A program made the translations under genes and the position numbers. 64,000 nt of DNA. Origin: Cyanobacteria bacterium P01_A01_bin.123 (GTDB lineage: Bacteria; Cyanobacteriota; Cyanobacteriia; Phormidesmidales; Phormidesmidaceae). The stretch covers positions 32,001-96,000 of the forward strand of contig JBCBZT010000020.1 in the NCBI GenBank assembly GCA_039815185.1, given 5' to 3'. Positions within the stretch are counted from its first letter, which is position 1; every line of letters starts with the position of its first letter. Below are positions 9,747 to 18,375 of this stretch, in pieces. The notes below the pieces were generated by a model that did no database searches, was not told the DNA's origin, and saw nothing but the letters and a program-made list of their open reading frames with translations.

Positions 9747-9968
9747 ATGGATAATGAAATCCCTCCCGAAATTCAACGAGATCTCGAAGCCATTGGCATT
9801 AACCAATTGACGAATTTGGGCAACCGGGCAATTGAGTTGGGCTTAATCGCGGGCCATGGTTATCACAAAGGGCAGTACGAATTAATTCGCCAGGGCAAGA
9901 TCTTACTGATGACACCAGACGAAGCCGTTACCTATTTAGTCGATTTGATTCAGGCCGCAGAAGGTTAG
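9747..9968 (+). CDS. Small hypothetical protein
   Basis: ORF directly after upp (MDNEIPPEIQRDL...GLIAGHGYHKGQYEL); start could also be 9699. Confidence 0.6.
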   Translation: MDNEIPPEIQRDLEAIGINQLTNLGNRAIELGLIAGHGYHKGQYELIRQGKILLMTPDEAVTYLVDLIQAAEG

Positions 9969-10079
9969 GATAATGGCCTGACGTGAATGCTTGAAGGCTC
10001 AAAGATGAGTCACCTATTCTGAAATCAAGGCTCGGCTGTCGTAGTTATTAGAGAAATAAAATGCGGCCAAGGGAGGGCT

Positions 10080-10718
10080 TTGTTTGTGACGATTAGACCA
10101 AATGCGTTGGCCTTAAATACAGGACTGACGCTATTGATGCTGGGATGTATACCCATAAATGCGGTTGCAGAAACAACGCAGGTAGAGGGGGATGATGTTC
10201 GCGATCGCGTCTTTGGCTTTACCGTCAATGATGAAATTATCAATCCCCGCTGCCTCGATTTGCTTCAAACCAGCCTGGCTGAAACCACAACAATCATTAT
10301 GCGATCGCTGGTGTTAGACACCTGTCAAACGAGTGAACTGGCCTATGCTGGACTCGATTACGAGGTTCGCGGAGACGATACCATTTTCTACTACGCGAAT
10401 CCTGATGATGGGCGTTCCTATTTTGGTTATCGCGTTTTGGGACGCACCACAGACGATCGATTTGTGGTCTATCACTTGGGGAGCATTGCGCTCTATCAGA
10501 TTGAGACTGAAACCATCGACTTTGATTTCCTCAATCATCAGGCTGAAACGGTGCAGGTGCTAACCAAGCTTAGCGAGTCATTTACGCCGTGTTTCCAATC
10601 AGCAACCATTACCCCTGACGATACATTAACGATCCAAGCCGAACACTACGAGCCCAATGCTCCTCGGGCAGAACAGTGTACAGGCATTTTAGAAACAATA
10701 ACCCATGCCCTCAATTAA
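10080..10718 (+). CDS. Hypothetical exported protein
   Basis: Hydrophobic signal-like N-terminus, four Cys in the mature part; start uncertain; stop overlaps the convergent miaE stop. Confidence 0.7.
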   Translation: MFVTIRPNALALNTGLTLLMLGCIPINAVAETTQVEGDDVRDRVFGFTVNDEIINPRCLDLLQTSLAETTTIIMRSLVLDTCQTSELAYAGLDYEVRGDDTIFYYANPDDGRSYFGYRVLGRTTDDRFVVYHLGSIALYQIETETIDFDFLNHQAETVQVLTKLSESFTPCFQSATITPDDTLTIQAEHYEPNAPRAEQCTGILETITHALN

Positions 10719-11314
10719 CTGTGAATTCGCGGTTCTGGATGAAGCGTAGCTAGCAAATCGCTTTCCACCTCAGCCATTTCTTCCAGGCGTTGGGTAACCA
10801 CTATACGGTCAAAATAGGTTGTCGCCAACACCCAAAACGTACCGTAATGTCGGGCTTCTGAAGCCATTAAACTCCGGTAAAATTTAGCCAGTTCTGGCTC
10901 TGGACAGTGCTCTCCTAAAAGGCCTAAGCGCTCATGGCTGCGGGCTTCAATCAGTGCAGAAAAAAGCAGTGAATCGAGCATTCGATGCGGTTCTTGGCGA
11001 CGAATTAGCGCCTTTAACCCAGCGGCATAGGGTGGGGCCGATAGCGGTGCCATTGCAATACTACGTTGGGCTAGCCAGCGGTTAACTTGCTCAAAGTGGC
11101 TGAGTTCTTCTTGAGCGATCGCGGTCAGGGCATACACCAACTCCGTACTCGACGGATAGCGAAACATCAGATTCAACGCTGCCGCTGCTGCCTTGCGTTC
11201 GCAGTGAGAATGATCGAGCAAGATGACATCTAGATTGCTCATCGCTTGCTCAACCCACTTCATTGAGGTGGGTGTTTTCAAAAACTTAATCGTCGCTGGA
11301 GCCGTTATTACCAC
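10715..11314 (-). CDS. miaE: tRNA-(ms2io6A37) hydroxylase MiaE
   Basis: Di-iron ferritin-like motifs 'LLDHSHCERKAA', 'EELSHF', 'IEARSHER', 'SEARH', end 'PEPRIHS'. Confidence 0.93.
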   Translation of the reverse strand: MVITAPATIKFLKTPTSMKWVEQAMSNLDVILLDHSHCERKAAAAALNLMFRYPSSTELVYALTAIAQEELSHFEQVNRWLAQRSIAMAPLSAPPYAAGLKALIRRQEPHRMLDSLLFSALIEARSHERLGLLGEHCPEPELAKFYRSLMASEARHYGTFWVLATTYFDRIVVTQRLEEMAEVESDLLATLHPEPRIHS

Positions 11315-11510
11315 TTTTGGTCACCACATTTGTCAGCCAAGAAACCGTTATATAGCGCTGGCCAGATTGCCTAATGCACCGAGTATCGCTGGGATGTCCA
11401 ACACACAAGCAATCTGGCTCGCCGTAGCGCACAAACTTTTGTGGCTACGGCTATAAACCCTGACCACATCCAGATTAATAGCTTTTCAACCTTTCCTAAG
11501 CTAAAAATTT

Positions 11511-11534
11511 CTCCTTTGGAGACGCTGCGCGAAC
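11511..11534 (-). repeat. Very small dispersed repeat (SDR-like), GTTCGCGCAGCGTCTCCAAAGGAG
   Basis: Same TTCGCGnAGCGT + AAA-loop hairpin layout as the insert at 42167-42191; flanked on both sides by AAATTT. Confidence 0.55.
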
Positions 11535-11606
11535 AAATTTTCAAATGGGATGTGATTTAGCTTTCTATTTTACGTCGGCAACCCAACCCGCAGAATAACC
11601 CATCGG

Positions 11607-12050
11607 TTACCCCTGCGATCGCAGATGATGTACCAATGCTTGCAAACCCAAACGGTAACTTTCGACCCCAAATCCAGTAATTTGACCCACTGCTACCGGG
11701 GCAATGTAAGAGTGATGACGAAAGGCTTCTCGACGATGAATATTGCTGAGATGAACTTCTACCGTAGGTAAAGCCACCGCCGCGATCGCATCTCGAATCG
11801 CTACGCTGGTATGGGTGTAAGCCCCAGGGTTAATCAGCAAACCCTGATAAACGCCCATTCCTCGCTGAATGGTATCTACCAGGGTACCTTCGGAATTCGA
11901 TTGAAAGGCCTCGCATTGAACGCTCAGCCGCCTTGACTCGTCGGCTAACATATCATCAACATCTTTCAATGTTTGCCGACCATAAATTTCCGGCTCACGC
12001 TTCCCTAACATGTTGAGGTTAGGGCCGTGAACCACTAGAATTCTAAGCAA
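11607..12050 (-). CDS. aroQ: Type II 3-dehydroquinate dehydratase
   Basis: '[17 protein letters not shown]', '[17 protein letters not shown]', '[17 protein letters not shown]'. Confidence 0.97.
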   Translation of the reverse strand: MLRILVVHGPNLNMLGKREPEIYGRQTLKDVDDMLADESRRLSVQCEAFQSNSEGTLVDTIQRGMGVYQGLLINPGAYTHTSVAIRDAIAAVALPTVEVHLSNIHRREAFRHHSYIAPVAVGQITGFGVESYRLGLQALVHHLRSQG

Positions 12051-12089
12051 AGCTTTCGTTTGTCTAAAAAAACAAGCTCGGCTTCAGCA

Positions 12090-12215
12090 CTAGTAATCGT
12101 CAACGGGTACCGGAATTGGCTCCTGCTCTTGCTGAGGCTGTGGGCCAAACAGCGCATCCATTAAGCGCTCTACCCACTCATTCAGCTTATCAAGGGCCTT
12201 TTCAATGTAGTCCAT
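12090..12215 (-). CDS. 41-aa small protein upstream of aroQ (below the ORF-track cutoff)
   Basis: MDYIEKALDKLNEWVERLMDALFGPQPQQEQEPIPVPVDDY*, preceded by an AAGGAG RBS; amphipathic helix plus PIPVPV tail of a type I recall in cyanobacterial small proteins. Confidence 0.75.
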   Translation of the reverse strand: MDYIEKALDKLNEWVERLMDALFGPQPQQEQEPIPVPVDDY

Positions 12216-12635
12216 CAGACGCAAAACTCCTTAGTTGACGCCGAAAACCCCTCATTCAGACCCAATAGTGATATTGGCGCTGAACAAAGAAAAGATTACA
12301 CCTCAAGCCTTTGAGGCATCTTTAAGATTGTATCCATCATAACGAATCTAGCGAAATGGTCAAGGGGGGGGCGGCAACCCGGAATCTACTAATCATTGAG
12401 ATTTTACCGCTCAACCCCTTGACATGGAGTGCTTAAAGAATTTGCCCTCCTCCCAAGTCTCAAACAGGGTAGAGCCTCACTTTGCCAGAATCATAATACG
12501 CCTTTAGGCGCCAAGCAGTTGATCTAGAGGCATTCCATACCCCTGCCAAGCCGTTCTCTTGCAAATGATGAGATGAAGGGTCTCGCGAACGAATACTCAA
12601 ACAAACAGCTGTTACTCAAATTTTGACTCGTTGAG

Positions 12636-12790
12636 AACCTCAGAAACCCATCTCAAATCTCGGTTAAGTGGCTTGATTTAAAGGCAAACAATACGGCCTA
12701 TAACAGAGTCTAACCTCAGAAACTCATCTCAAATCTTGGTTGAGTAGTTTGCTTTAAAGGTAAACGATACGGCCTATAACAGAGTCCAAC
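12636..12790. repeat. Imperfect 76-bp tandem duplication in the long leader of the DUF11 operon
   Basis: AACCTCAGAAAC(C/T)CATCTCAAATCT...ATACGGCCTATAACAGAGTC starts at 12636 and again at 12712. Confidence 0.9.
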
Positions 12791-13357
12791 GCAGGCTTTG
12801 TTACCCGTATTCTTAATGACTCGATGGTAGACCAAACTGATAAAAACTCGGAGATTTAAGTGTATTTACCCAGTCATGTTCGCTTAGACGGCGTCACTAT
12901 TTGTGTTCTTTAAAATACGCATAATGACCGAGCTATTTTACCTTTGTAATTGTCAATACTAACTATTGAAGGCAGGTCAGACTGTTACAAAATGAGGAAT
13001 AGGTCATTAACCATTCAATTAGCTAGTGCTCGATTCCTAGTTTAGGCTTCATCATCTTGAGCCAATAACCGGAAGTTTTTTCAAATTAATGACTAGTGAA
13101 ATGAGAAAACTTGAGACCTGTATCCAAAAGCTTGCAAGACGTTTAATGAATGTCCTGCTTTACCCCTACAGCCGCTTTCCAACGGATGTTCCCCATACAT
13201 CCCATTGAGTCCTCAACCGTCTAGCCCTTGACGATTGACATCAGGACAAGCTGGCTACGGAAGCTGTAACCCTAAACGCTGCAACGATGGCAAGTGCTGT
13301 TTTTCAGTACATGTTTATGCTGCCTCGAATTGTATCTATTTCTTCTTTTACAAGACA

Positions 13358-15940
13358 ATGAAAAGAGCTAATCAACCCAAAAAAATTCAGGGGAAAGTCT
13401 ACCGTACAATTATTGCGGCAGCACTTGCCCTGGGCGGAACACTCCACATGGTCACCGCCGTCCTTGCCGATGGCACGGCAGCAGGCACCCAAATTACCAA
13501 CGAAGCAACCGCGACTTACGAAGACCCCAACGACCCTAACAACACACCCATCACGACCACATCAAACGAAGTGGTGGTTCAGGTCGCTGAAGTAGCCGGT
13601 ATTACCGTCCAACCTGCCGGAATTGAGTTTAATCCAACTGGCGGTGACGCAGACAACGACGGCTTGGTTGAACCCGATGATCAGCTTTACTACATCTATG
13701 AAGTCACCAACGTGGGTAACGACCCCACTGAGTTCTTCATCCCAGATACCGCTGTGGTGACAACCAATAATGGTAGCCAGGACGGCCAGATTGAAATCAG
13801 CTACGATGGCACAACCTGGGGCGATCCTCGCGATACAGGTTTTAACCCAGACGGTGATGGCATTACGGATGCTATTCCTCCAAACGGTAAGGTGCTCGTA
13901 CGGGTACCGATTCAGGTGGCTAGCAATGCTAATCCTGGCGATCCCGTTGAAGTCCGCTTGGGTAACACGCCTGGTGATGGCCAAAACCAAGATTATGTGC
14001 CCAATGGTGTACTCGATGTCTACACCTCAGACGCACCTTTCCCCACCACTGTGGGTGGTGTGGATGAAGTGGATGGTGATCCGGCTAATGGCACCCGCGA
14101 AGCCAGTGCTCGTCAGTCTATCCCGGTTGATTCGACCCTCGATACCCAACCCCTAGTCACCATCGAAAAGATTCTCAGCAACTATGAGGCAAATAACGCA
14201 GCTAGCCTGACTGACGATGAATTGACTTACGAATTGCGGTTCGAGGTTGAGGGGACAGACACTACAGGCAACACCCCTGCCTTTACCCCTGGGCCTTTGT
14301 ATCCCGTCGATGGTATCTCAGTTGATGGCGGCACTGGGTCCCATATTTTGGTATCCGACGCTCTACCCGATCACACCGTGTTGAGTGGGACACCTACTGC
14401 CCCGGCAGGTTGGACCGTAGTTTACAGTGGCACCGCCACTACCACCAATGCCCATGATGCAGATTGGTTTACCAGTTCCACTGCTCCTGGGCTGGGGGGA
14501 ACCATTACCCGGGTTGGTTTCATCAGCGATTCCTCAATTATCTCCCTAGCGCCCACCAGCGTGGTTGAAACCTTCCGGTTTACAGTAGAAACGACTAATG
14601 TACCGACTGGTTTGACCGAAGCAACCTTTGCTAATATCGCGCAAGTCTTTGGTTCTGCGGATCCCGGTGGCGACCCCAACGAACTGGTCAATGATGAATC
14701 GGGTGACAGCACCCCCAGCAACTACAATCCCACTGGCGGTACTGGCGGTACTGGCGGCTTTGACCCACCGAGCGATGGCTACATCCCTGATGACGACGAT
14801 GACGGGGTACCTGACGACATCGATCTGAACGACCCGACCGCAGGTGACGGCACTGACCCCAGCAACACCAACAGCGGTACTGGGACTGGCGGTGAAGCCA
14901 ACATCAAGACCATTGGCTTGCCTTCTAGCTTGGATCTAATCAATGGCCCTGAGAATGAGCCCGAGGCAATTGGCCCCACAGGGACGAATGATGACTTCAC
15001 CAACAAATCTGTCCCGGTTGATCCTGCCGATATCACCTTCGATGCCACCGATAGCCGCGATGAACTCGATCCTGATCCGGTCGATTTTGCCAACACGGTG
15101 CTCAACAACGGCCAAACCACGGGTGACATTACCTTGGTACCCACCCCTCCTGCGGATACCAATGATTTACCCGATGGCACTATCGTCACCATTACCGATC
15201 CCGATGGTGAGACGGCGATTTACGAGTACAACGGCACGACCTTTACCCGCACGGGCGGTACGGCTGGTGGAGATATTGTCATCCCAGATGTGGATCCCAA
15301 TGATGAAGTCACCTACGGTGTCCGGGTAGACTTGCCAGATGGCACCCCCCTCTCCACGGATACCGATGGCACCGGTAATCCAATTGGCGGCTTCCCCGTT
15401 CCGATTACAGCTACGTTGGAAGATGCCGGGGGTAATACAGCCAGCAACATCACGATTGACCAAGTTTACACGGGTTATCTGCAGCTCGCTAAAGAGTCTC
15501 GCATCCTGCAAGGCAGTGGCCCAGCGGTGCAGTCTGGTCAAGGTGACTTCAGCGCCGATCCTAAGAATCCAGCACCGGGCAACATCATTGAATATCGGGT
15601 GACCTACACCAACATCAGTGAAACAGCTTCCGGTAGCAACAACGTGGTGCTCAATGCTGAAAATGTGGTCATCAACGAGGACGGCACCGATGGCGGCAAT
15701 AATTGGGCGCTGGATAACGACAACAACAGTGTGATTGACACCAGCAATGTTCCAGGGTCTGCAACTGACTCTAACGGCGGTACCATCACCTACTACAGCG
15801 GTGCCCCGGCCAATACCCCAACTGGCGATACCTCCGGTTCAGATGCAAATACCGATGTCACTCGCTATGTCGATCAGGTTCCTGGCTTAGTCGGCCCTGG
15901 TGAATCAGGCTCCCTGATTTTCCGCCGCGTGCTGAACTAA
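13358..15940 (+). CDS. Secreted acidic DUF11/isopeptide-type Ig-repeat protein, candidate major fibre subunit (860 aa)
   Basis: Signal peptide ending AVLA; mature N-terminus DGTAAGTQITNEATATY; complete internal DUF11 domain (TIEK...VSDALP...FANIAQV); C-terminal DUF11 domain (LQLAKES...PGNIIEYRVTYTN...LIFRRVLN*); DxDxDG motifs. Confidence 0.85.
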   Translation: MKRANQPKKIQGKVYRTIIAAALALGGTLHMVTAVLADGTAAGTQITNEATATYEDPNDPNNTPITTTSNEVVVQVAEVAGITVQPAGIEFNPTGGDADNDGLVEPDDQLYYIYEVTNVGNDPTEFFIPDTAVVTTNNGSQDGQIEISYDGTTWGDPRDTGFNPDGDGITDAIPPNGKVLVRVPIQVASNANPGDPVEVRLGNTPGDGQNQDYVPNGVLDVYTSDAPFPTTVGGVDEVDGDPANGTREASARQSIPVDSTLDTQPLVTIEKILSNYEANNAASLTDDELTYELRFEVEGTDTTGNTPAFTPGPLYPVDGISVDGGTGSHILVSDALPDHTVLSGTPTAPAGWTVVYSGTATTTNAHDADWFTSSTAPGLGGTITRVGFISDSSIISLAPTSVVETFRFTVETTNVPTGLTEATFANIAQVFGSADPGGDPNELVNDESGDSTPSNYNPTGGTGGTGGFDPPSDGYIPDDDDDGVPDDIDLNDPTAGDGTDPSNTNSGTGTGGEANIKTIGLPSSLDLINGPENEPEAIGPTGTNDDFTNKSVPVDPADITFDATDSRDELDPDPVDFANTVLNNGQTTGDITLVPTPPADTNDLPDGTIVTITDPDGETAIYEYNGTTFTRTGGTAGGDIVIPDVDPNDEVTYGVRVDLPDGTPLSTDTDGTGNPIGGFPVPITATLEDAGGNTASNITIDQVYTGYLQLAKESRILQGSGPAVQSGQGDFSADPKNPAPGNIIEYRVTYTNISETASGSNNVVLNAENVVINEDGTDGGNNWALDNDNNSVIDTSNVPGSATDSNGGTITYYSGAPANTPTGDTSGSDANTDVTRYVDQVPGLVGPGESGSLIFRRVLN

Positions 15941-15957
15941 CCACCCCACCCCTCAAC

Positions 15958-15986
15958 GGTAGGCAAGTGTCTACGGCTTGCCTACC
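15958..15986 (+). terminator. Intergenic stem-loop after the first operon gene (no U-tract; RNA stabiliser or partial terminator)
   Basis: GGTAGGCAAG-9 nt-CTTGCCTACC, perfect 10-bp stem. Confidence 0.6.
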
Positions 15987-16035
15987 CCCATTCATTCATT
16001 GCAATTACCCCAAGATTAAACGGAGAACAACTACT

Positions 16036-16593
16036 ATGAAACGTTGGTTTATCGGTCTGGGTGCCCTGGTTCTAGTCGGCTCTGCCCCCTTTATTGGCAC
16101 TCCTGTCTTTGCCCAAATTCAAAAAATCACTGAGTCGATTGTCGAAACGATCCGTCGGCCCGAGGTCAAACTCACCCTAACTGCAGAAAAGCAGATTGTT
16201 GAAGTCAACACTGCTGGAGAACAAGCCACCACTTGGGAAGCGTTGGCAGGTCAAGCCCAGGTATTTCCCGGTGATGTCTTACGTTACACCATTGATGGTG
16301 CCAACTCTGGCGATGTTGAAGCTGAGAACTTGGTTATCAGCCAGGCAATTCCGGCTGAAATGACCTATGTTTTGGCTTCTGCAACCCCTGTAGAAGGGGC
16401 AGAACTGGTCTACAGCATCGATGGCGGCGAAACCTTTGTGGCTGAGCCCATGGTTGAAGTCACCCTGCCCGATGGCACGGTTGAACTCCAACCTGCACCT
16501 GCTGAAGCTTATACCCATGTTCGTTGGAGCTTTGGCGAGTCTTTGGCCTCTGCTAGCTCACTCAAAGTAGCCTACGACGTGCAGGTGAAATAA
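16036..16593 (+). CDS. Small secreted single-DUF11-domain protein (185 aa)
   Basis: GGAGA RBS, signal peptide MKRWFIG...PVFA, 'PGDVLRYTIDGANSG...NLVISQAIPAEMTYV', ends 'VAYDVQVK*'. Confidence 0.88.
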   Translation: MKRWFIGLGALVLVGSAPFIGTPVFAQIQKITESIVETIRRPEVKLTLTAEKQIVEVNTAGEQATTWEALAGQAQVFPGDVLRYTIDGANSGDVEAENLVISQAIPAEMTYVLASATPVEGAELVYSIDGGETFVAEPMVEVTLPDGTVELQPAPAEAYTHVRWSFGESLASASSLKVAYDVQVK

Positions 16594-16602
16594 GTCGGAT
16601 TG

Positions 16603-16664
16603 AAGCGCGCGATCGCAGCTATTGCTGATTCTGTCTAGCTCTCCGATAGGGCGGTCGTGCGCTT
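16603..16664 (+). terminator. Long imperfect intergenic stem-loop after the second operon gene
   Basis: AAGCGCGCGATCGC ... GCGGTCGTGCGCTT, pairing with G-U wobbles. Confidence 0.5.
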
Positions 16665-16860
16665 TCCTAACGCTTGCAACCTGCTTAATCAGACTTTTTA
16701 CACAACCTATCGCTATTGACATGGGGTCTCGCTACGAGCTGCTGAAAAAGCTCAAGCCGAAACCTTAGGGGGACTTTGCACGAATTTTTCGCGTTGCCAA
16801 CCAGTGGAACTGGTTTACCCCCATCAGGATTGCCTCGCTCGCGGATCTCAGGGAAACATC

Positions 16861-18375
16861 ATGACCAACCGCTCTCAACATAAACCAAACTGGCTCAAAC
16901 ACCGATGGGTTAAGTACCTGGCGACTGCGCTGCTGGCCTTTGCAATCGTTCAAAATCCGATCGCAACCCTGGCTCAGGTGCAGATACCACTGGTGAACCA
17001 GGCCACTTATGAATATTCTGACCCTGCTAGTGGCAATAACTTTCAAGGCACGTCTCGTGCGATTACCACTCAAACGTCACCGCTGGTTGATCCGCTGGGA
17101 CAAATTCTGGCGTGTAACGGCACTCAGCTTGCTAACTATGCAGGGTTTTCAGTCGCAATTTACGAAGCAGATGCCAGTGGTTTAGAACCTGCCGGTTTGC
17201 TTCCCTTAACCCGTACGGAATTTCCTGATAATCCAGGCAACAACATTCCTGGTGGTAAAGCACCCAATATTGAAAATAGTAATCCCTTCTTCTTAACCAA
17301 TGCGGATCAGGGACGCTACAACTTCTTGTTTGACCCCAATCAAGGTCAGACGGATCCGGGTCAAGTTTACATCTTGGCTGTTGACCCACCCTCAGGTTCA
17401 GAGTTCATCGAGCGCCGCATTCGCATTGAGATTCTGCAGAGTACGGGCGGTTCTAACGGCAGTATTGTGCGCTATCGGGCGACAGCCCTAGATGGTCAGC
17501 CGATCAGTGTGGCTGGGGGCAACCAAATCAGTGACAACGTGGTTGAGGTTCTGGACGCAGAAACTGGGCTGCTGAATCTCTTCTCCCTAGCACTCGGGAC
17601 GGTCATTTGCGAAAACCGACAGATTCAAATCACAAAGTCTGGCGATCGCGCTGCGGCTCAACCGGGTGACACCGCCGTGTATCGACTCGCTATTCGCAAC
17701 CTGGTGGATGTCGATCTCAACACCATCGTTGCGACCGATATACTGCCCTTTGGTTTCCGCTTCTTAGCAGATTCGGTACGGGCTCACATTAACGGCAGCC
17801 CCGTTGCCATTACCCCAGAGGTAAGTCCAGACGGCTTAACGGTGACCTTCAACGCCGAAGCCAGTATTCCCTCAGGTCAAACCCTAAACATTATTTATGC
17901 CGCCAATATTACCCCGGATGCAGTCCGCGGGTCAGCGCGTAACTCGGCAGTGGTGAATGGGATACGGGCAGACAATGGTTTATCGGTCAAAGACGGCCCG
18001 GTAAGTCATCTGATGCGTCTTGACCCCGGTATTCTCAGCGACTGCGGCACATTGATTGGCCGAGTCTTTGTTGACAAAAACTTTGATGGCGAACAGCAGC
18101 CCGGTGAACCCGGTGTGCCCAATGCCGTTGTGTTTTTGGATGACGGCAACCGCATCGTCACCGATGCAGAAGGCCTCTATTCTGTCTCCAACATGCTGCC
18201 GGGATACCGCACCGGTGCCCTCGATTTAAGCAGCCTACCGGGTTATACCCTCGCCCCCAACCTCTATTTCAGAGAACGCAATAGTCAGTCACGGCTTGTG
18301 CATCTAGCACCGGGTGGCATGGTCCGCATGAACTTTGCGGTCACCCCCACCTTCCAGGAGGAAAATCAGTCATGA
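16861..18375 (+). CDS. Secreted DUF11 + SdrD-B-like protein (504 aa), translationally coupled to the barrel gene
   Basis: Signal peptide; mature N-terminus QVQIPLVNQATYEY; complete DUF11 (IQITKSGD...ATDILP...RNSAVV); C-terminal 'IGRVFVDKNFDGEQQPGEPGVP'; ATGA overlap with the next gene. Confidence 0.87.
   Translation: MTNRSQHKPNWLKHRWVKYLATALLAFAIVQNPIATLAQVQIPLVNQATYEYSDPASGNNFQGTSRAITTQTSPLVDPLGQILACNGTQLANYAGFSVAIYEADASGLEPAGLLPLTRTEFPDNPGNNIPGGKAPNIENSNPFFLTNADQGRYNFLFDPNQGQTDPGQVYILAVDPPSGSEFIERRIRIEILQSTGGSNGSIVRYRATALDGQPISVAGGNQISDNVVEVLDAETGLLNLFSLALGTVICENRQIQITKSGDRAAAQPGDTAVYRLAIRNLVDVDLNTIVATDILPFGFRFLADSVRAHINGSPVAITPEVSPDGLTVTFNAEASIPSGQTLNIIYAANITPDAVRGSARNSAVVNGIRADNGLSVKDGPVSHLMRLDPGILSDCGTLIGRVFVDKNFDGEQQPGEPGVPNAVVFLDDGNRIVTDAEGLYSVSNMLPGYRTGALDLSSLPGYTLAPNLYFRERNSQSRLVHLAPGGMVRMNFAVTPTFQEENQS

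Noticed and set aside
12636..12790. Tandem repeat as a CRISPR array
   Set aside because: Only two contiguous 76-bp units, no unique spacers and no cas genes.
13241..13300. Possible c-di-GMP-I (GEMM) riboswitch before the fibre operon (CCTAAA...ATGG resembles a tetraloop receptor; GGCAAAC/GGTAAAC also occur in the 76-bp repeat)
   Set aside because: No GAAA-capped P2 stem, no GACGCAAA junction and no AGCC/GTT(A/G)CC 3' pairing in register; an Rfam scan would settle it.
14731..14760. Short ACTGGCGGT tandem repeat as a contingency locus
   Set aside because: An in-frame 9-bp unit encoding a TGG linker; copy-number change would not shift the frame.
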